DNA from: the human T2T-CHM13v2.0 reference genome, Homo sapiens
Assembly (NCBI RefSeq): GCF_009914755.1
Contig: NC_060929.1
Length of the DNA stretch: 64,000 nucleotides
Strand: one strand, 5' to 3'
The notes beneath the pieces are model-generated. The model was not told the DNA's origin. It made no database searches and was given only the letters and a program-made list of their open reading frames with translations. Each line of letters begins with the position of its first letter. Position 1 is the stretch's first letter. Below are positions 1 to 14,417 of the stretch, one piece after another. A program made the position numbers and the translations under genes.

Positions 1-189
1 TCTGAGGTTGGGACTTTTTTTTGGCATTATTCTACAATCAGACCCTGTGGGGTAGGACTGGCATAGTTCTGTGACACTCTATTTTACCACTTTCTCCTTT
101 GTTCATTTATTGACCATCTTGCTATTTCTTGAACACCAAGCTCCTTCAGGGCCTTTGCACTTGATGTTCCCTTTTCCTAGAATATACCC

Positions 190-541
190 TGTCTTAGTCT
201 GGTCAGGTTGCCATAACAAAATACCACAGACTGGGTGGCTTAAATGACCAAACATACCTCAGTTTCTGGAGGTTGGAGGCCCAGGATCAAGGTGCTGACA
301 GAGTAGGATTCACTCTGAGGCCTCTTCTCTTGGCTTGTGGTGGGAGGAAGGTGAAGTGATGGGACACTGTAGTGTTTTTGCTTATGCAGACACTGGTCCT
401 GTTGAATCAGGGACCCACCCTTGTGGCCTTGTTTAACCTTAATTACTTTTTTTAGAGGCTGCATCTCCAAATACAGCCACCCTGGGGGTTTGGGCTTCAG
501 CACATGAAGTTTGGGGGGACACAAACATTCCTTTCATAACA
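190..541 (-). mobile_element. MaLR solo LTR (MLT1 family)
   Basis: TG...CA termini; 'tgtcttagtc...ccataacaaaataccacagactgggtggcttaaa' is the typical MLT1 end read in reverse. Confidence 0.75.
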
Positions 542-1404
542 CTCCATGTTAGACCTTCACCTAACTTTGTCCCTACCTTGATTTAGCTCTTCGCCATCTA
601 CAGTACATCTTCTCCTGTTTTCCTGTCACTCTCTTTCTCCTCTGCTTTTACTGCCTAGTGCTACCTATAATTATTTTGTATTTAAAAAAATTGTGCTTAT
701 TGTCTATCCCTACCTCTTAGGTTCGTGTTAAGGATTATACAAGCTAGCCTAAATAAACTATTCATTGAACAGGTGTCCATTAAGTGCCTTCAATGTGCAA
801 GGCACTACTGTAGGTTCTAGAGTTACAATGGTGAAAAAAGGCAGACATCCTCTCTGCCTTCACATAGGTTATAATATTATGGGAGCATTCATTGAACACT
901 TACTGAGTGCCAGGTATGGTACTGAGAGTTCACTTAGATTATTTTGTTTGGTCATCAAAAAAAAAAAAAAAATCCTATGAGGGAGGTCCTATTGTACTAA
1001 ATTTATAGAAGGGATGATTAAGGGCCTGAATCGATGAGCCACTTTTTCAAGTTCATCACTAGTTCAAGGTCTAATTAGAGCTGGATCTTGCAGTCTGACT
1101 TCAGAGCTGATGCTCTTGACTAGCACGCTAAACTGCAAGTAGAAGGCATGGTAGGGCACAGAGCACATTTGAGGGGATGAAACAAAGTCATATATGGCTG
1201 TGACCTCAACATTGGAAGACATTTGGCACTGATTATTCTCATTCACCATCAGTATTCTGCATCCACAGATGCACTTCACTATAACAAAATTTGCATATAA
1301 AACTTGCATGTACAAGATAGATATTTTGAGGGATTATTAAGAATGTTATTAAAAATCATTGCTATGGGATTCCTTTACTTTAGAGTGTGCAATAAAAAAG
1401 CACA

Positions 1405-1590
1405 ATAGGGGCTTCAGAGGTGGACAGATCTGGTTTCAAATCCTTACTTTACCACTTAATGTCTTTGGAACCTTGGGCAGCTTCTGAGACTCAGTGTTCT
1501 TATCTGTGAAATGGGGATAATAATACCTAGTTCACAGAGTTCCAAAATATCCCTGCAAATAGAGGATACTTAATAAAAACTAGCTACCAT
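1405..1590 (+). mobile_element. MIR SINE relic
   Basis: Core 'ccttgggcag...ctcagtgttcttatctgtgaaatggggataataatacct'. Similar MIR cores occur at about 3630-3820, 7790-8000, 8450-8680, 9040-9250, 26680-26850, 40910-41030, 49395-49640, 55230-55460, 55650-55850 and 62715-62960. Confidence 0.7.
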
Positions 1591-2124
1591 TTATTATGCT
1601 ATCATTTTCACAGTGCATTCAAACTATTATTTGAGTTTTAAAAATACTGACTTTACAGAAACATCTGTATTACATAAAGTGAGGCCAATCTGGAAGAGTG
1701 AGTTGCATAAATTGATCACTTGGAAGCATCTTCTTTTCCATCAGCTCCCCTGAACACCTCTAGGTAATCCCATCAGTCCCCAATTCCCTTTCCCCTGAAA
1801 GTGTCTTTGGGACTGGTGCCCTGCCAAGGTTCTGGGGTGGGGGCGGTGGAGGAATCCAGGTCCCTTGGCATAGTGTGTGACTCTTTTCTTTTTGCTTTCT
1901 GTTTCAACAGGAGGGAGTCTGCACCAGTGTTAGTAGGTTGGGTAAGAAAGTAGTGAGAAGAGGGAAAAAAGAAAGATGTGAACTCATATCCAAGTCATAC
2001 CCAGTTCTCATTGGAGCTACAGAAACTAACTCCTTTTGGCCAGGACCAAAAAAATAAAAAATAAAAAAAAATTAGAATCTCATCATCTTTGGGCTTGTCA
2101 GACTGCATTGTACTCTGCCTTTTT

Positions 2125-2195
2125 TTCTTTCTTTTCTTTAACTTTTAAGCTCAGGGGTACATGTGTAGGTTTGTTACGTATGTGTCATGAGTACC
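2125..2195 (-). mobile_element. Short 3' end fragment of an older L1PA/PB
   Basis: T-rich tail followed by 'ttaagctcaggggtacatgtgtaggtttgttac', the reverse of the L1 3' terminus. Confidence 0.65.
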
Positions 2196-2227
2196 CTAGT
2201 TTTGTCTATGGGTGTATAGAAGGCAAC

Positions 2228-2739
2228 TGTGGGTTTCATCTATCCAATATCCATTCTTACTTCCTGGAATAGTAACTTGATTTTTTTTTGGGTGGGGGGT
2301 GGTGGGGAACCAACCTTCTCCTACTCTCAGGCAGATAAGTGTGTGACCAGGCCTGGCAATCAGCATGTCCTGTTTCTCTGGCCACAATGCTTCAAAGATG
2401 GCAATGTGAGCCAAAGCTGGGCCAACAAGGCTCAATTTTGATGCTTTTACTAGTCTTTCTTTTCCCCAGGGATGCTAAACCATGGGGGTGAAAGCTGCTT
2501 CTCCTGCTTTAACCCTCTGGAGAGAGCTTATCTTGGAGTGGAGCCAATGAGACAACAGTAAGACCAACCAGATGAGAGACCCATGCTCATAATACCATTT
2601 GAATTCTTCCATCTTGTTTTCAGTTACTTGAGCCAGTAAACCCAGTTCCTCTGGGTTTTGTTGGTGGTATTCTTTTGTGTTTGTTAAGTCAGTTTGATTT
2701 TGGTTTATGACACTTGGAATCAAAAGAGTTCTGAGTCAT
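2228..2739 (+). mobile_element. Ancient MaLR LTR (MLT1K/L-like)
   Basis: MLT1-like motifs 'ttttcagttacttgagccagtaaa' and terminal 'aaaagagttctgagtcata'. Confidence 0.5.
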
Positions 2740-2922
2740 AGATCTGACTTTCTGAAAGTGGAGTGTGTGGAGGAGGCAGCCAGGATGGGAGGAGGTCTGA
2801 GAGCCATTCCATAGCAGGAACTCTTAGGGTGCCTAGCAGTGTTAGGCCTGAGGAAGAGGAGATTTCCTGTCTAGAGGGGCTGTCACTGGGCAGCCTGTCT
2901 CGTCTGGGTAGGCGTGCTCCTA

Positions 2923-3372
<450 letters not shown>

Positions 3373-4054
3373 TTACTAGAGCTGTCTGAGAGGAGCTGGA
3401 CTGATGTAGCCAGAAGTGTGACAACACTGGGAGGGGCACATTTGGACTGACTTTGAGCTCCCTTTCTATTTTGGGAGTTTCTGGTGGAATGCAAAAATGT
3501 TTGACAATATCATTAAGCCTGGAATATGTGTAAATAAGCCAATATTTCACTAATACAAGGTCCCTTTGTAAGGACCATGTCTTGTTCTCTCCTCCAGCTT
3601 CAGTGGTAGCATAGGGCAGAAAGAAGCCGGGTAGTATGGTAAAGGCCCGAGAGTCTAATCCTGAGTTGTCATTTGCTAGATGAGTGCCCCTGGGCAAGGA
3701 ACTTCCCCTCAGTGAGGCCGAGTGTCCTCTCTGTAACATGGATCCCCTGTTACCCACGTTTAGGGTGGACCCGGGCACTGGCCGTAAGGTATGGGAAGCA
3801 CTTGCCAGATGTGTGGGCCCTACTCTGTAAATGACAGCTGTTATAGGTGTTTCACACCTGTTTATGCAGTGGATGGGCAGAGGTGTCAGGGAAGCACCGA
3901 GGAGACAACTCCTGACAACTGACAACTAGTTTCAGAGAGGAGCTGGGGTGAGGGCAGCTGGGTGCTGCTCTTGCTGCAGGACCCAGTGTCCTAGTTCTTG
4001 CTGCTTTTGTGATTTTTGTCCTTGAGAATTCTAGTTTTTCTTTCCTGATTAAGT

Positions 4055-7000
4055 TGGACCCAGTTAAGCTTCCCTAAGAAGCAGAGTCTGACGCAGGGAC
4101 TTATGTTCCAGTGATGCACTGGGTCAGTGATTTCAGGGGGAGGGGAGGGAGCAGGACCAACTACCTAATTTGTGAGGTCTAGAGCAAAATGAAAATGAGG
4201 GACCCCTTCAAGACAAAAAAAAGAGGGAAAAAGAGTGTCTTTTTCTTCTTCTTCTCAGAAGCATGGGGCCCTTCTGAACAGCTGGCCCTATGTGACTGCA
4301 TGGGTCTGATGCTCCTGCCCTGGGGTGAGAGAAGGGGATAGGGCAGGGAGAAAAAGCTTAGCAAGAATGCTGTCTCACCCAAAGACTAGCTTCAGTCTGA
4401 TCCCATGGGGAAACTGAGTGCAACATACACCACAGTGTTAGTCCCTACTCCAGGCAAGGGGCTGGCCTCTGGTACTTCCAGACCCTGCAGTCATTGACCA
4501 TGGTCTCATAGGCTGTGTGGGGTACAGCTTCCCTAGAGAGATGGCTCCTACTTGGCTGAGGGCAATTCTCCAGTGAAGGGAGCAGTTATCAGGTGTCATC
4601 AGCTAACACAGAAGCTGGGAGTAAGTACCCAGGTCCAGGAAAGGGCATCTGGATTGGGCACCAAAAGCAACCACTATAATCCACTTCTTGTGTCAATTCA
4701 AATCTACTTGCTTCTCATGTGAATTTTCCCCATGCCTTCACAGGATCCCTGGTTGGTCACAATTCTGGAAAACACAGGGAAGGGTGAGTGGGAGAAATCG
4801 CAGCACTCATTTCTGCAGTTGTTTCCCCTGGCATCACAGATACTCATCACCTTTTTCCTCCAACACTATATTAGGTTTCCCACCCCTCTGACTGGCACAT
4901 CTGCTGGTCTGAGCGTCTCTCCTGGTGGGTGTGAGTTCCTGGTTACCATGCCATCGTCAGGCCATGGTTGCTGTTTCTATTCGCAGCTATACCAGGGCAT
5001 GGGCACACACAAGATGCCATGGAGCACCTGAGTGCCAGGCATGTTTCTTCCTGCTCCTGTGATGTAGCAGCAGTCCTACCTCTTCCTTCTCATCAGGGAC
5101 ATTTACCTCTGCCAATGTGGCAGTTCCTTTCAGTGTCTGCTGGTCTCTGGCCCAAGGAACCCAAAGTGACCAGGCAGCTGTAACTTGAAGTTTAGTGGGA
5201 CTCTTACTGTGCTCCTTGGTGGAAACATTTCCCCACTTTGTAAACAGGACTTCTAGACCTGCAGAGAGTAAAATTTCAAAAACAGAAAGCATAAATTCCC
5301 CAAGTGAATCCCTGAGAGTGGTGTCATTCTTTGTCTGAAGACCCATATTTCCTACTTGTGGGGGACATGATACCATATAATGGCCACTGTTTTAAGGTAT
5401 ATGCCATGCCCCTTACACACACGGTTTAAATCTCTAAGCTGGTGTTTCAGTTGCACCTTCAAATGGCCATTCCATTACTCCATCAGGCTGGCAGCTTCTG
5501 GATGGTGTGGCACATAGTAGGACCTCATGGGCCCACCATAGCACCTGCTTTGCTTTAAGTCTGCTTGTTAAGCAATATTATTCAGGACCCCATGTGGGTA
5601 AATCAGACAGCCTATGAGCCCTTAGATGGTTGTACTGGCTAAAACAGTGCGGGAAGGAAAGGCAAACCCATTCTTGGAGTTCTGTAACAGCATCTCCTGT
5701 AGAAAACAACCACCATTGAGCTTCTCATGACACTGTTGGCTCCTTGCCCACACATTTCCTATCTCCTTGGTCAATGGAGAGCCCTCCTGGCCTTCCCAGG
5801 GACATGGTCAGCTGGTGGGTTTTTCTGTCTCATCCAGGAGGCCCATGCTAGCATGCCCATTTCTCTGAGCCTTTTCATCCTTCCCTCCACTTTGCAGTGG
5901 TAGTTCTGGCATCTCTACATTGTTCAGTGTGGGTCATTACTTTTTCCATCTTTTAAGAGCCATCTGGGCAGCACATCTGAACCATCCCCTTGAGCTCTTG
6001 CCAGGGTGTTAGATCCTGTGACACTGGAGAGAGCCCCTGCACATCAACAAACTCTACCTTACCCAGTTAATACTTCACCCCCCTTGAGGCATCCCCCAGA
6101 ATCCTCCACAGTCACTCCCATCCCACCCGGCCATTGCAAGTTTGGGCTTGTACACGTTGGTCAGGTCTGATATACAATCCCTTTCTTTCCATAACAGGCC
6201 CAGTATTTCCTGAGTTGATCTAGGCAGACACTTTTCGCCTGGGTTATCAGTTTGGTGGCTAGGAGAAGAGGTGGGGCCAATCCCGAGGGAGGTCAGCATT
6301 GTTTTATAAGGCACCTGCCCTATTTAAGGCCTCTGCATGGTATTCCAGTAAGACGCATGGAGGTGGGGGCTCTGTCATCCAGCAGGGGTTACAAGGACAC
6401 TTCTGCAGTTTCAAAGGGTTCAGGAGTACCTGGAGATTCAAAGTTCTTATGTTTATACCTTTAAATAGCCCCTTCTTAGGCTCAGGGCCTCCTCTCTTGG
6501 TATTAGAGCCTTGTGTTTGGTATAAAGACACATGCTTTGCTGGTAATTGGCATTTGTTGAAGTCCTGCCACTCTTATAATGCAGTCCTGTGCTTGTTCTT
6601 CAACTGTGCCCACCCTCTAGCTGCAGGCGATGAGGGTCTCTTAAATGCTGCCAAATGGGCTGCTGACTCTTAGACTTTGCTTTAAGTTGTTGTCCAACGT
6701 GTCCATCATTTTTTCTCTTCAACAAATCAGCAGTGCTTAGCAAGCCACTGAGTTCCACACTCTTTGTTCACAGTACCCCTGCCTCTGACCTCTCAAATGC
6801 CAGAGAGGCCGTATCAGCTCTTGTACCCCTTCCAATGTTACCTGACCCTGTTCACCAGAAGTGAAAGTCTTAGCCCCCCACGCACTGTGGCACACCAGGG
6901 ACTCTCAGTAGTGCCACCAATGATGGGTGCTTACTGCCATCTTGTCAGAGAAGGACCTAACCACAGAGTTTGCTTCTCAGTCACTCCTGGTACTGATTCA

Positions 7001-7300
7001 TCTTGGGTTGGTTTTCCTGAAAGCAGAGCCTAAGATGGGGATTTTTGTTAAAGTGGGTTTTTTTGTTTTTTGTTTTTTGTTTTTGAAAAAACAAGGGGAA
7101 TGAAGGAAACAAGATAAAGCTGGTGAAAAGCTAAGCTTTTCAGAATGTGGCCTCAGTGGGAATCTGGTTTTAGCCTGGTTTCCCTGTGACTCTCTGGAGC
7201 ACAAATGGTGCCACAGAGATGGCCCCAACTTGAGGTAAGGGAGCCTGCTTTTTCTATCTCCCCATGCCAAGCAGTCATTGGCCCCCTCTCCTGCCAAGAA
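4055..7300 (-). mobile_element. Ancient MaLR provirus relic (MLT1I/J-like LTR - internal - LTR)
   Basis: Two same-orientation LTR ends ('ttccctaagaagcagagtctga' at about 4070 and 'ttcctgaaagcagagcctaaga' at about 7015). On the minus strand, an internal start 'gaatcagtaccaggagtg' (about 6982-6999) and a PPT-like 'aagaagtggat' (about 4679-4689) abut the LTRs. Confidence 0.6.
4152..4322 (+). mobile_element. MER53-like hAT MITE inside the MaLR LTR
   Basis: CAGG...CCTG termini; motifs 'taatttgtgaggtctagagcaaaatgaaaatg' and 'ggggcccttctga'. Confidence 0.6.
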
Positions 7301-8009
7301 GCACAGATTGTATTGTTCCTTTCTTCTTCAAATCTGTCATAGGAGAAAGGAGATCCTCAGCCTCAGGGTACAGAAGCTCCAAGAAGAGGTTTGGCCTTTG
7401 GCCCAATTTCTCTGGAAAACGCTTTCAGGTTTGAAGACATTTTAATTCATTGTGACGCCACGTCACTGATATGCTGGGACGGTCTTTGGCATGAGGACGA
7501 TGAGGAGGCCCGGCAAATGTGGCTGTGGAGCCAGGTTTGCCCTGTGGGATCAATCCTATAGTTAGATAATCACAGACACCATAGGGATTGTGTTCTTTTT
7601 TGTCTCTCTCGATTCCTGGGATGTTCACTACATGTTCAGTAATTATTGACTGAGTTAGAGAATCAACATGAAACCTGAAGAACTTGGGGTATAAGCACCA
7701 ATTTTATGCTTTTCAACCAGATGTTCTGGGTAGGCAGGACAGGCAGGGATGTCAGGGAAGGAAGACTGTATAGTGTTCAGAGCCTGCTCCTGCAGGCCTG
7801 GGTTGAAATCGCAGTGATGACTCTTAGCAGCAGCATGACCCTGGGCAAGTGACAACTTCTCTGAGCCTTGGTTTCCTCTTCTGTTAAATGGGGATGAGAG
7901 CTACATCTACTTCATAGAATTGAAATGAGGATGAAATGAGATAATACATGAAATATACTTAGGGATCATGCTAGGCATCTAGTGACTGCTGAGTAAACAC
8001 TATATTATT

Positions 8010-8309
8010 ATTATTTTTGTTATTATCGAGACAGAGTTTGTTCTTGTTGCCCAGGCTGGAGTGCAATGGTGCCATCTCGGCTCACTGAAACCTCTATCTC
8101 CTGGGTTCAAGCTAGTCTCCTGCCTCAGCCTCCTGAGTAGCTGGGACTACAGGCACTCACCACCAAGTCTGGCTAATTTTTGTACTTTTAGTAGAGATGG
8201 GGTTTCACCATGTTGGCCAGGCTGGTCTCAAACTCCTGACCTCAGGTGATCCACCCGCCTCAGCCTCCCAAAGTGCTGGGATTGCAGGCCTGAGCCACTA
8301 CACCCAGCC
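8010..8309 (-). mobile_element. AluS, followed by an Alu fragment at 8312-8385
   Basis: Reverse Alu dimer with (TAT)n tail. Confidence 0.92.
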
Positions 8310-9451
8310 ATATTTTTTATGAGACAGGGTCTTGCTATGTGGCCTAGGCTGGTCTCAAACTCCTGGCTCAAGCAATACTGCCTCTACCTCCTGAGAATTC
8401 TGTTATTGATAATGAAGTGTTATCTGAATTTCTGGGGGCAGTGGGGATTCTGGAGGCAGCATGATAGAGTGGAAGAAGCCAGTACCTTGAAGTCGGAGAG
8501 AACTGGCTTATATTTCTGACTCTACTACTTTCTGGCTCTGTGACTATGGGCAACTTACTTCCCTTCTCTGAGCCAAGGTGTTCTCATCTACCAAGAAAGA
8601 GTCTTACATCTGTATTGCAGAATTTTGGTGAGTAAAACATCTAGCCCAGGTTATAGCTCACAGTTGGCACTCAATTAATGCCAATTATCTTTCTTCTTCT
8701 CATTTTACAACTACATATTTAGCCCACGCCTCTATTTACTCACATGTGGCTTGAGGCCAAAGCTGTCAATTAGCCTTTTAAGTTTCTCAAGGATAGGAAG
8801 GTAGGGCACAGAATGAATGAGAGCATTCATTAAATGCTCACTTTAGAAGGCACAATCCTCCTGCATTCCAAGAAGCTATGTATTAATTGGAACAGAAATA
8901 TGCAGGATGAAATAAACAGACAAGAGGCTTGGAGCTGCCATCTTAACAGCAGGAGATGTAACCAATCCTTAGGAATGTCTGCTTCTCCTAATCCTTAATT
9001 TTGACGATGATGAAAGGAGGGAAGATGACGGCAGCTAGTACTCATTGAGCACTTATTCTTTTCTAGGCAAGGGGCTACCACTTGACATGCCATATTTCTT
9101 TTAATCTTCTTAATAACCCAGTGAGGGAGATATAATCATCCCTATTTTACAGATAAGGAAAGTGAGTCACAGAGAAGGAAACTTCTGAAGTCACTAGCTA
9201 GTAAGAGGCATGCTGGGATTAGGATGGAAGTTGGCCTGAGTACAGAGCCCCAGATCATAAGCAGCACCCCACTATATCACATGCACTTTCCTAGAGTCAA
9301 AAAGCCAAGGAAAGGCCCTGTGAGAGGGCTTCTTAGAGAAATATGGAATCTGTTACCACTTTTATAAAAAGGTGTTTACCTATCAGCTATAAATCTCCCC
9401 TAAAGGGAATAATTTTTGAAAATCTTTCATACTGTTCCTGAGAGGTTTTCC

Positions 9452-9682
9452 TTTTTCTTTCTTTTTTTTTTTTTTTTTTGACAAAGTCTCGTTCTATTGC
9501 CCAGCAATTCTCCTGCCTCAGCCTCCTGAGTAGCTGGAATTACAGGTGCCCGCCACCATGCCTGGCTAATTTTTGTATTTTTAGTAGAGATGGGGTTTCA
9601 CCATGTTGGCCAGGCTGGTCTTGAATTCCTGACCTCAAGTGATCCGCCTGCCTCAGCTTCCCAAAGTGCTGGGATTACAGGT
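9452..9682 (-). mobile_element. AluS, 5'-truncated, with internal deletion
   Basis: Jumps from 'gcccag' directly to 'caattctcctgcc', so about 60 bp of the right arm is missing. Confidence 0.9.
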
Positions 9683-10624
9683 CCTAAGAGTTTTTTTAAT
9701 GAGTGAGAAAATATTTATTTTGTATGGTTAATAAACTAGACACCTACAGTGGCTTCTTAGTCATATTGAGATATTACTATCTCAGTGGTGAGAAGAAAAA
9801 AAATCACTTAGAAAAAGAAAAAGCTTAGGAGTGTCATCTCTGGTTATTAGGAAGGATTGTTTTTCTATTTTACGTTTTCTAAAAATTCTGTGGTTTTTGT
9901 TTCTGATGTCGGTAATCAGGAAGCAAAAAGTTAAAGACAATTGGGATAAAGGATCTTCTGCGTTGTGAGCAATTCGAGATCTACAGCTGTATGGAGAATA
10001 AAAACTTATAGAACCGAATGATGCAGACTCTGGGGCCCAAGAACCTTAGAAGCTTTTCTTGTCTGTTAAGATAGGCTAAAGCCATGAACAAGTGTGCCTT
10101 AGAAAAGAAATTTTCACTAGGACATTCACAGCATTCCTGATGACTGACATCGCTTCAAGTTCAGTGAATTATTCTAACAGGCATAGCATAAGTACAAAGT
10201 GACCCAGTTGTGAATATTCAGGGCTGGGACGCCACGAGAGGAAATTGACGTTGGGGACAATCTGTGGGAGCAACATATTCTCCTATAGATGAAATGCCAG
10301 GGAGAATGGTGGGCTGCTTCTCACCAGCTAGTTTTCTGTATGTCCCCAGAATGTCTAATGTTTTCTCACAGTAGAGCTCTTAAAGAAAAGCTCTGTTACC
10401 TTTTATTGAAAATTCTGGACTCAAATGCTATAATTAAAAGAAAAAAATTAATATGCCCTATACTGACCTTTGAAATACTTGGATATAGAAGGGAATAGGG
10501 CAAGATCTCAGCTGTCATAAAGTTCATATTCTAGGTATACATCATTTTTGTTAAGTCACTAGAGATTGCATTACACGAACTAGATAAATATTCCCTTTAT
10601 TCAGTCAATAAGTGTGTTATGACA

Positions 10625-10744
10625 CTTTTTTGCAGTGGTGTGATCATAGCTCACCACAGCCTTGAACTTCTGGGCTCAAGTGATCCTCTAGCCTCAGCCT
10701 CCTGAGTTGTTAGGATTACAGGTGTGAACGACCGCACTTGGCCC
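10625..10744 (-). mobile_element. Alu monomer (FLAM/FRAM-like)
   Basis: Single reverse Alu arm. Confidence 0.8.
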
Positions 10745-11419
10745 TCTTTTTTCTTTTGTAATTAGCTTTTCTTTCTCGTTAATGAGGTGCTTCAATTTTT
10801 GGCATTTGCTCAGTTTTCAAGGTACTTACTGCTTTTTGTTCCCAGTGTTTCCACAGATTTGTCAAATGCCTATCAAGAAGATTTATAAATGTTCGAAGAC
10901 ATCAGATTATCAATTCCATGCTTCCCCCTCTCTCCACACCCCCCAAGAGACCTCTCTTCTGCTTCCCTACATCTTCTTTCTCGAATCTAGCCAGCTGATA
11001 CCTGCCACATGTGTGGGTTAGCCCTCTATTTTCTCTTCCACTGTGTTACTGCATTCCTTATACATTCTTCATGCTTCCATAAGAAAGATTGCTTGAGAGA
11101 TCTTGCATAACTAAGTAGGTGGCTGGACTTCCCTCACACTTGATTGATAGCTGGGCTTTGCAGAGAGGTCGTGATTGAAAATAATTTTTCATAAGAATTT
11201 TCAAGCCTGTTGAAAAATCGGTTGCAATTATGGCTCCCTTTCCTTTATATGTGAGTTTTTTTTTTTTCGCTCTCTGGGTTCTTTTAGGATTGTTTCTTTA
11301 TCCAGTAAAGAGATATTTCACAATGATGAACCTTTGGGATGAGTCTTAAATTTGTTTTGCTTGATGCTTGGTAGAATTTTTCAATTTGAATACTCATTCA
11401 ATTCTGGGAATCTTAATTT

Positions 11420-11870
11420 ACAGCAAAAGCTGTGTTAATTGACTTCTACTTAATTGCCTTGCTAGATTAGGCCACACCTTCCACATTTGTTGTAGTAATT
11501 ATATAAATTAGTTAAATGTTATATCTATCAATTAATATGAGTATGAAAAGAGAGTTGTTACCATGAAAACAAAGCTGAAAACATTGGAAGAAATTGATGA
11601 AGCCAAGTTGCTTACGTAAAAAATGGAGAAAATAGAAATTCTAGAATAATTCAGCACTCAAGATTACTTCGAAGGTGGCTTTAAGTTCTTGCTCTTCTTT
11701 AAGTCATCAGAAATTGAAAATCTGAAACAACACCACTATAGAAAACACACTGGCAGATCCAGTTAGCAGACCTATACTAAAAAAAGAAAAAAAAAAAAGC
11801 CTTGGCCTTGAATGAAAAGATTGGTGAGTGAATACACATTAATGTGGTTTAAGGTAAAGAGAAAGTACTA
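11420..11870 (+). mobile_element. Ancient TcMar-Tigger relic
   Basis: Starts TA-CAG; degenerate psq-HTH-like peptide 'VVTMKTKLKTLEEIDE' near 11555. Probably resumes near 12860-12950 after the L1M insertion. Confidence 0.4.
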
Positions 11871-11874
11871 AAAT

Positions 11875-12855
<981 letters not shown>

Positions 12856-13425
12856 TGCTTAAGGTAAATATTTATTATGCTAATCTACTCTGACTAACTA
12901 CTTATATAATCTAATTTTCTCTTAACTGACCAGCCTTGGACCTTCCAGGGCAGAGTAGACTATGGTGCCACGAGTGAATGTTTGGGATCAAAGGTTGCAT
13001 GTGGGAGAACAGAGCAATGAGATTGAAGAGAGAGGCAGGGACCAGATGGTGAAGATGTTGTACCCAATTTAAAGGACTTGACCTTTGGTGAGCTGCTGGA
13101 ATGTTGTTAAGCATGGGAGTGATGTGAACCCATTTATATTTCAGAAAGATCACCCTGGCAGCTGGAGTGCAGAATGAATAGGGGAGGGAAGGGGAAGATG
13201 CAGGATCGAGGCTACTGGAGTCATTGAAAAGAGGAATAATTGGGTCTTGCATTAAATCTGTGGCAGTAGGGATGAAATGAAGTGGAGGGATGCATGACCC
13301 TTCTGAGATGGAACCATCAAATGGGTAACTGACTGAGGAGTGACCCGGAGGGAGTGGGAGCACTACACGCTGACTCCCAAGTTGTCTTCTTAGGTCACTG
13401 GGACATGGTGATACCATTAACCTAG

Positions 13426-14417
13426 TGATGAAGGATTTTTCTTGGTCACTCTGTGGGCCGGAAACTTCCGGTTGGCGATGCCCCTCATGAACCTTGCTGA
13501 AGTATGGGCCCACGGTAGGAGAGGCCCTGACTACTCTGGCGCAGATCTTGTGGCCACAATGACTGCATGCTCAGCCCATGGTGGGAGGAAGTGTGTGAGT
13601 GAGTGAGTGTGGGGTCTGGCTGGCTGCTCCAGGAGCAGGCTCCATGCGGGGCTGTGGCTGGACCAGGCAGGTTGCAAGCAACTCCCTTGGTGGACTCCAG
13701 TGTCCAGAAGAGGGGAACGTGGTGGTCCCAAACAGGGGTGCCTGTGACCCCGAGGCCCCAGAGGGGGTGTGATGATAGCTCTTTCAATCCCGCCATCCAC
13801 AGCCTGATGGATGGCGGTGCATTAAGAGCTCTCTGTCAGTCTCATCACCCTGCTCTGGCCAGCAGCCCAGAGGCTAGTTCAGCCCCAGCACTACTTCCCA
13901 TTGCATGGGGTGGCTGATGGGCTATGGTGTTACTGCCTTCTTCATATGGGCATTCAGCAGGGTCCTGAGTTCTTGTCCTGCATCCAAGAAGAATGAGCTT
14001 ATGCTGACAGCCATGGGTAAGCAAGGTGAAGAGTTTTATGGAGTGACAAAACAGCTCTCAGCAGAGAGGGGACACGAGGATGGTCTACCACCCAAAGTCG
14101 GGTGGTCTCTCTGTGTCCCAGTGTGGCTGAGTTTGGGGTTTTTATAGGCACACAATGGGGGAGGTGCAGGATGTAGGTAGCATTAGAAAAGGCAACATTT
14201 TATTGGTTCAAAGCCATTATTCAGAAAGAATCAATTGGGAAAGAGCAAGTAAATAGGAATGCAAGTTCTCACTCTGGTCCAGACTTCATCCGGAAGCAGC
14301 AGCTTGGTTTTCAGGCTTTAAACTGTCTTTGGTTTGAAGGTGGGGTTTTACTGGGGACCCATCCCTGTCTACCTAGGATTTGTCTGCCTTGGATTTGTCT
14401 GCCTCCTGTCACTATCA
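13426..14417 (-). mobile_element. ERV1 solo LTR (LTR28/LTR27/MER52 group)
   Basis: 992 bp with TG...CA ends and perfect 4-bp TSD CTAG (13422-13425, 14418-14421); minus strand begins 'tgatagtgacaggaggcag'. Inserted into an L2 relic (about 12960-14530). Confidence 0.85.

Noticed and set aside
12911-13513. 200-aa minus-strand ORF
   Set aside because: Spans L2 and LTR relics, starts at GTG, and has no family resemblance.
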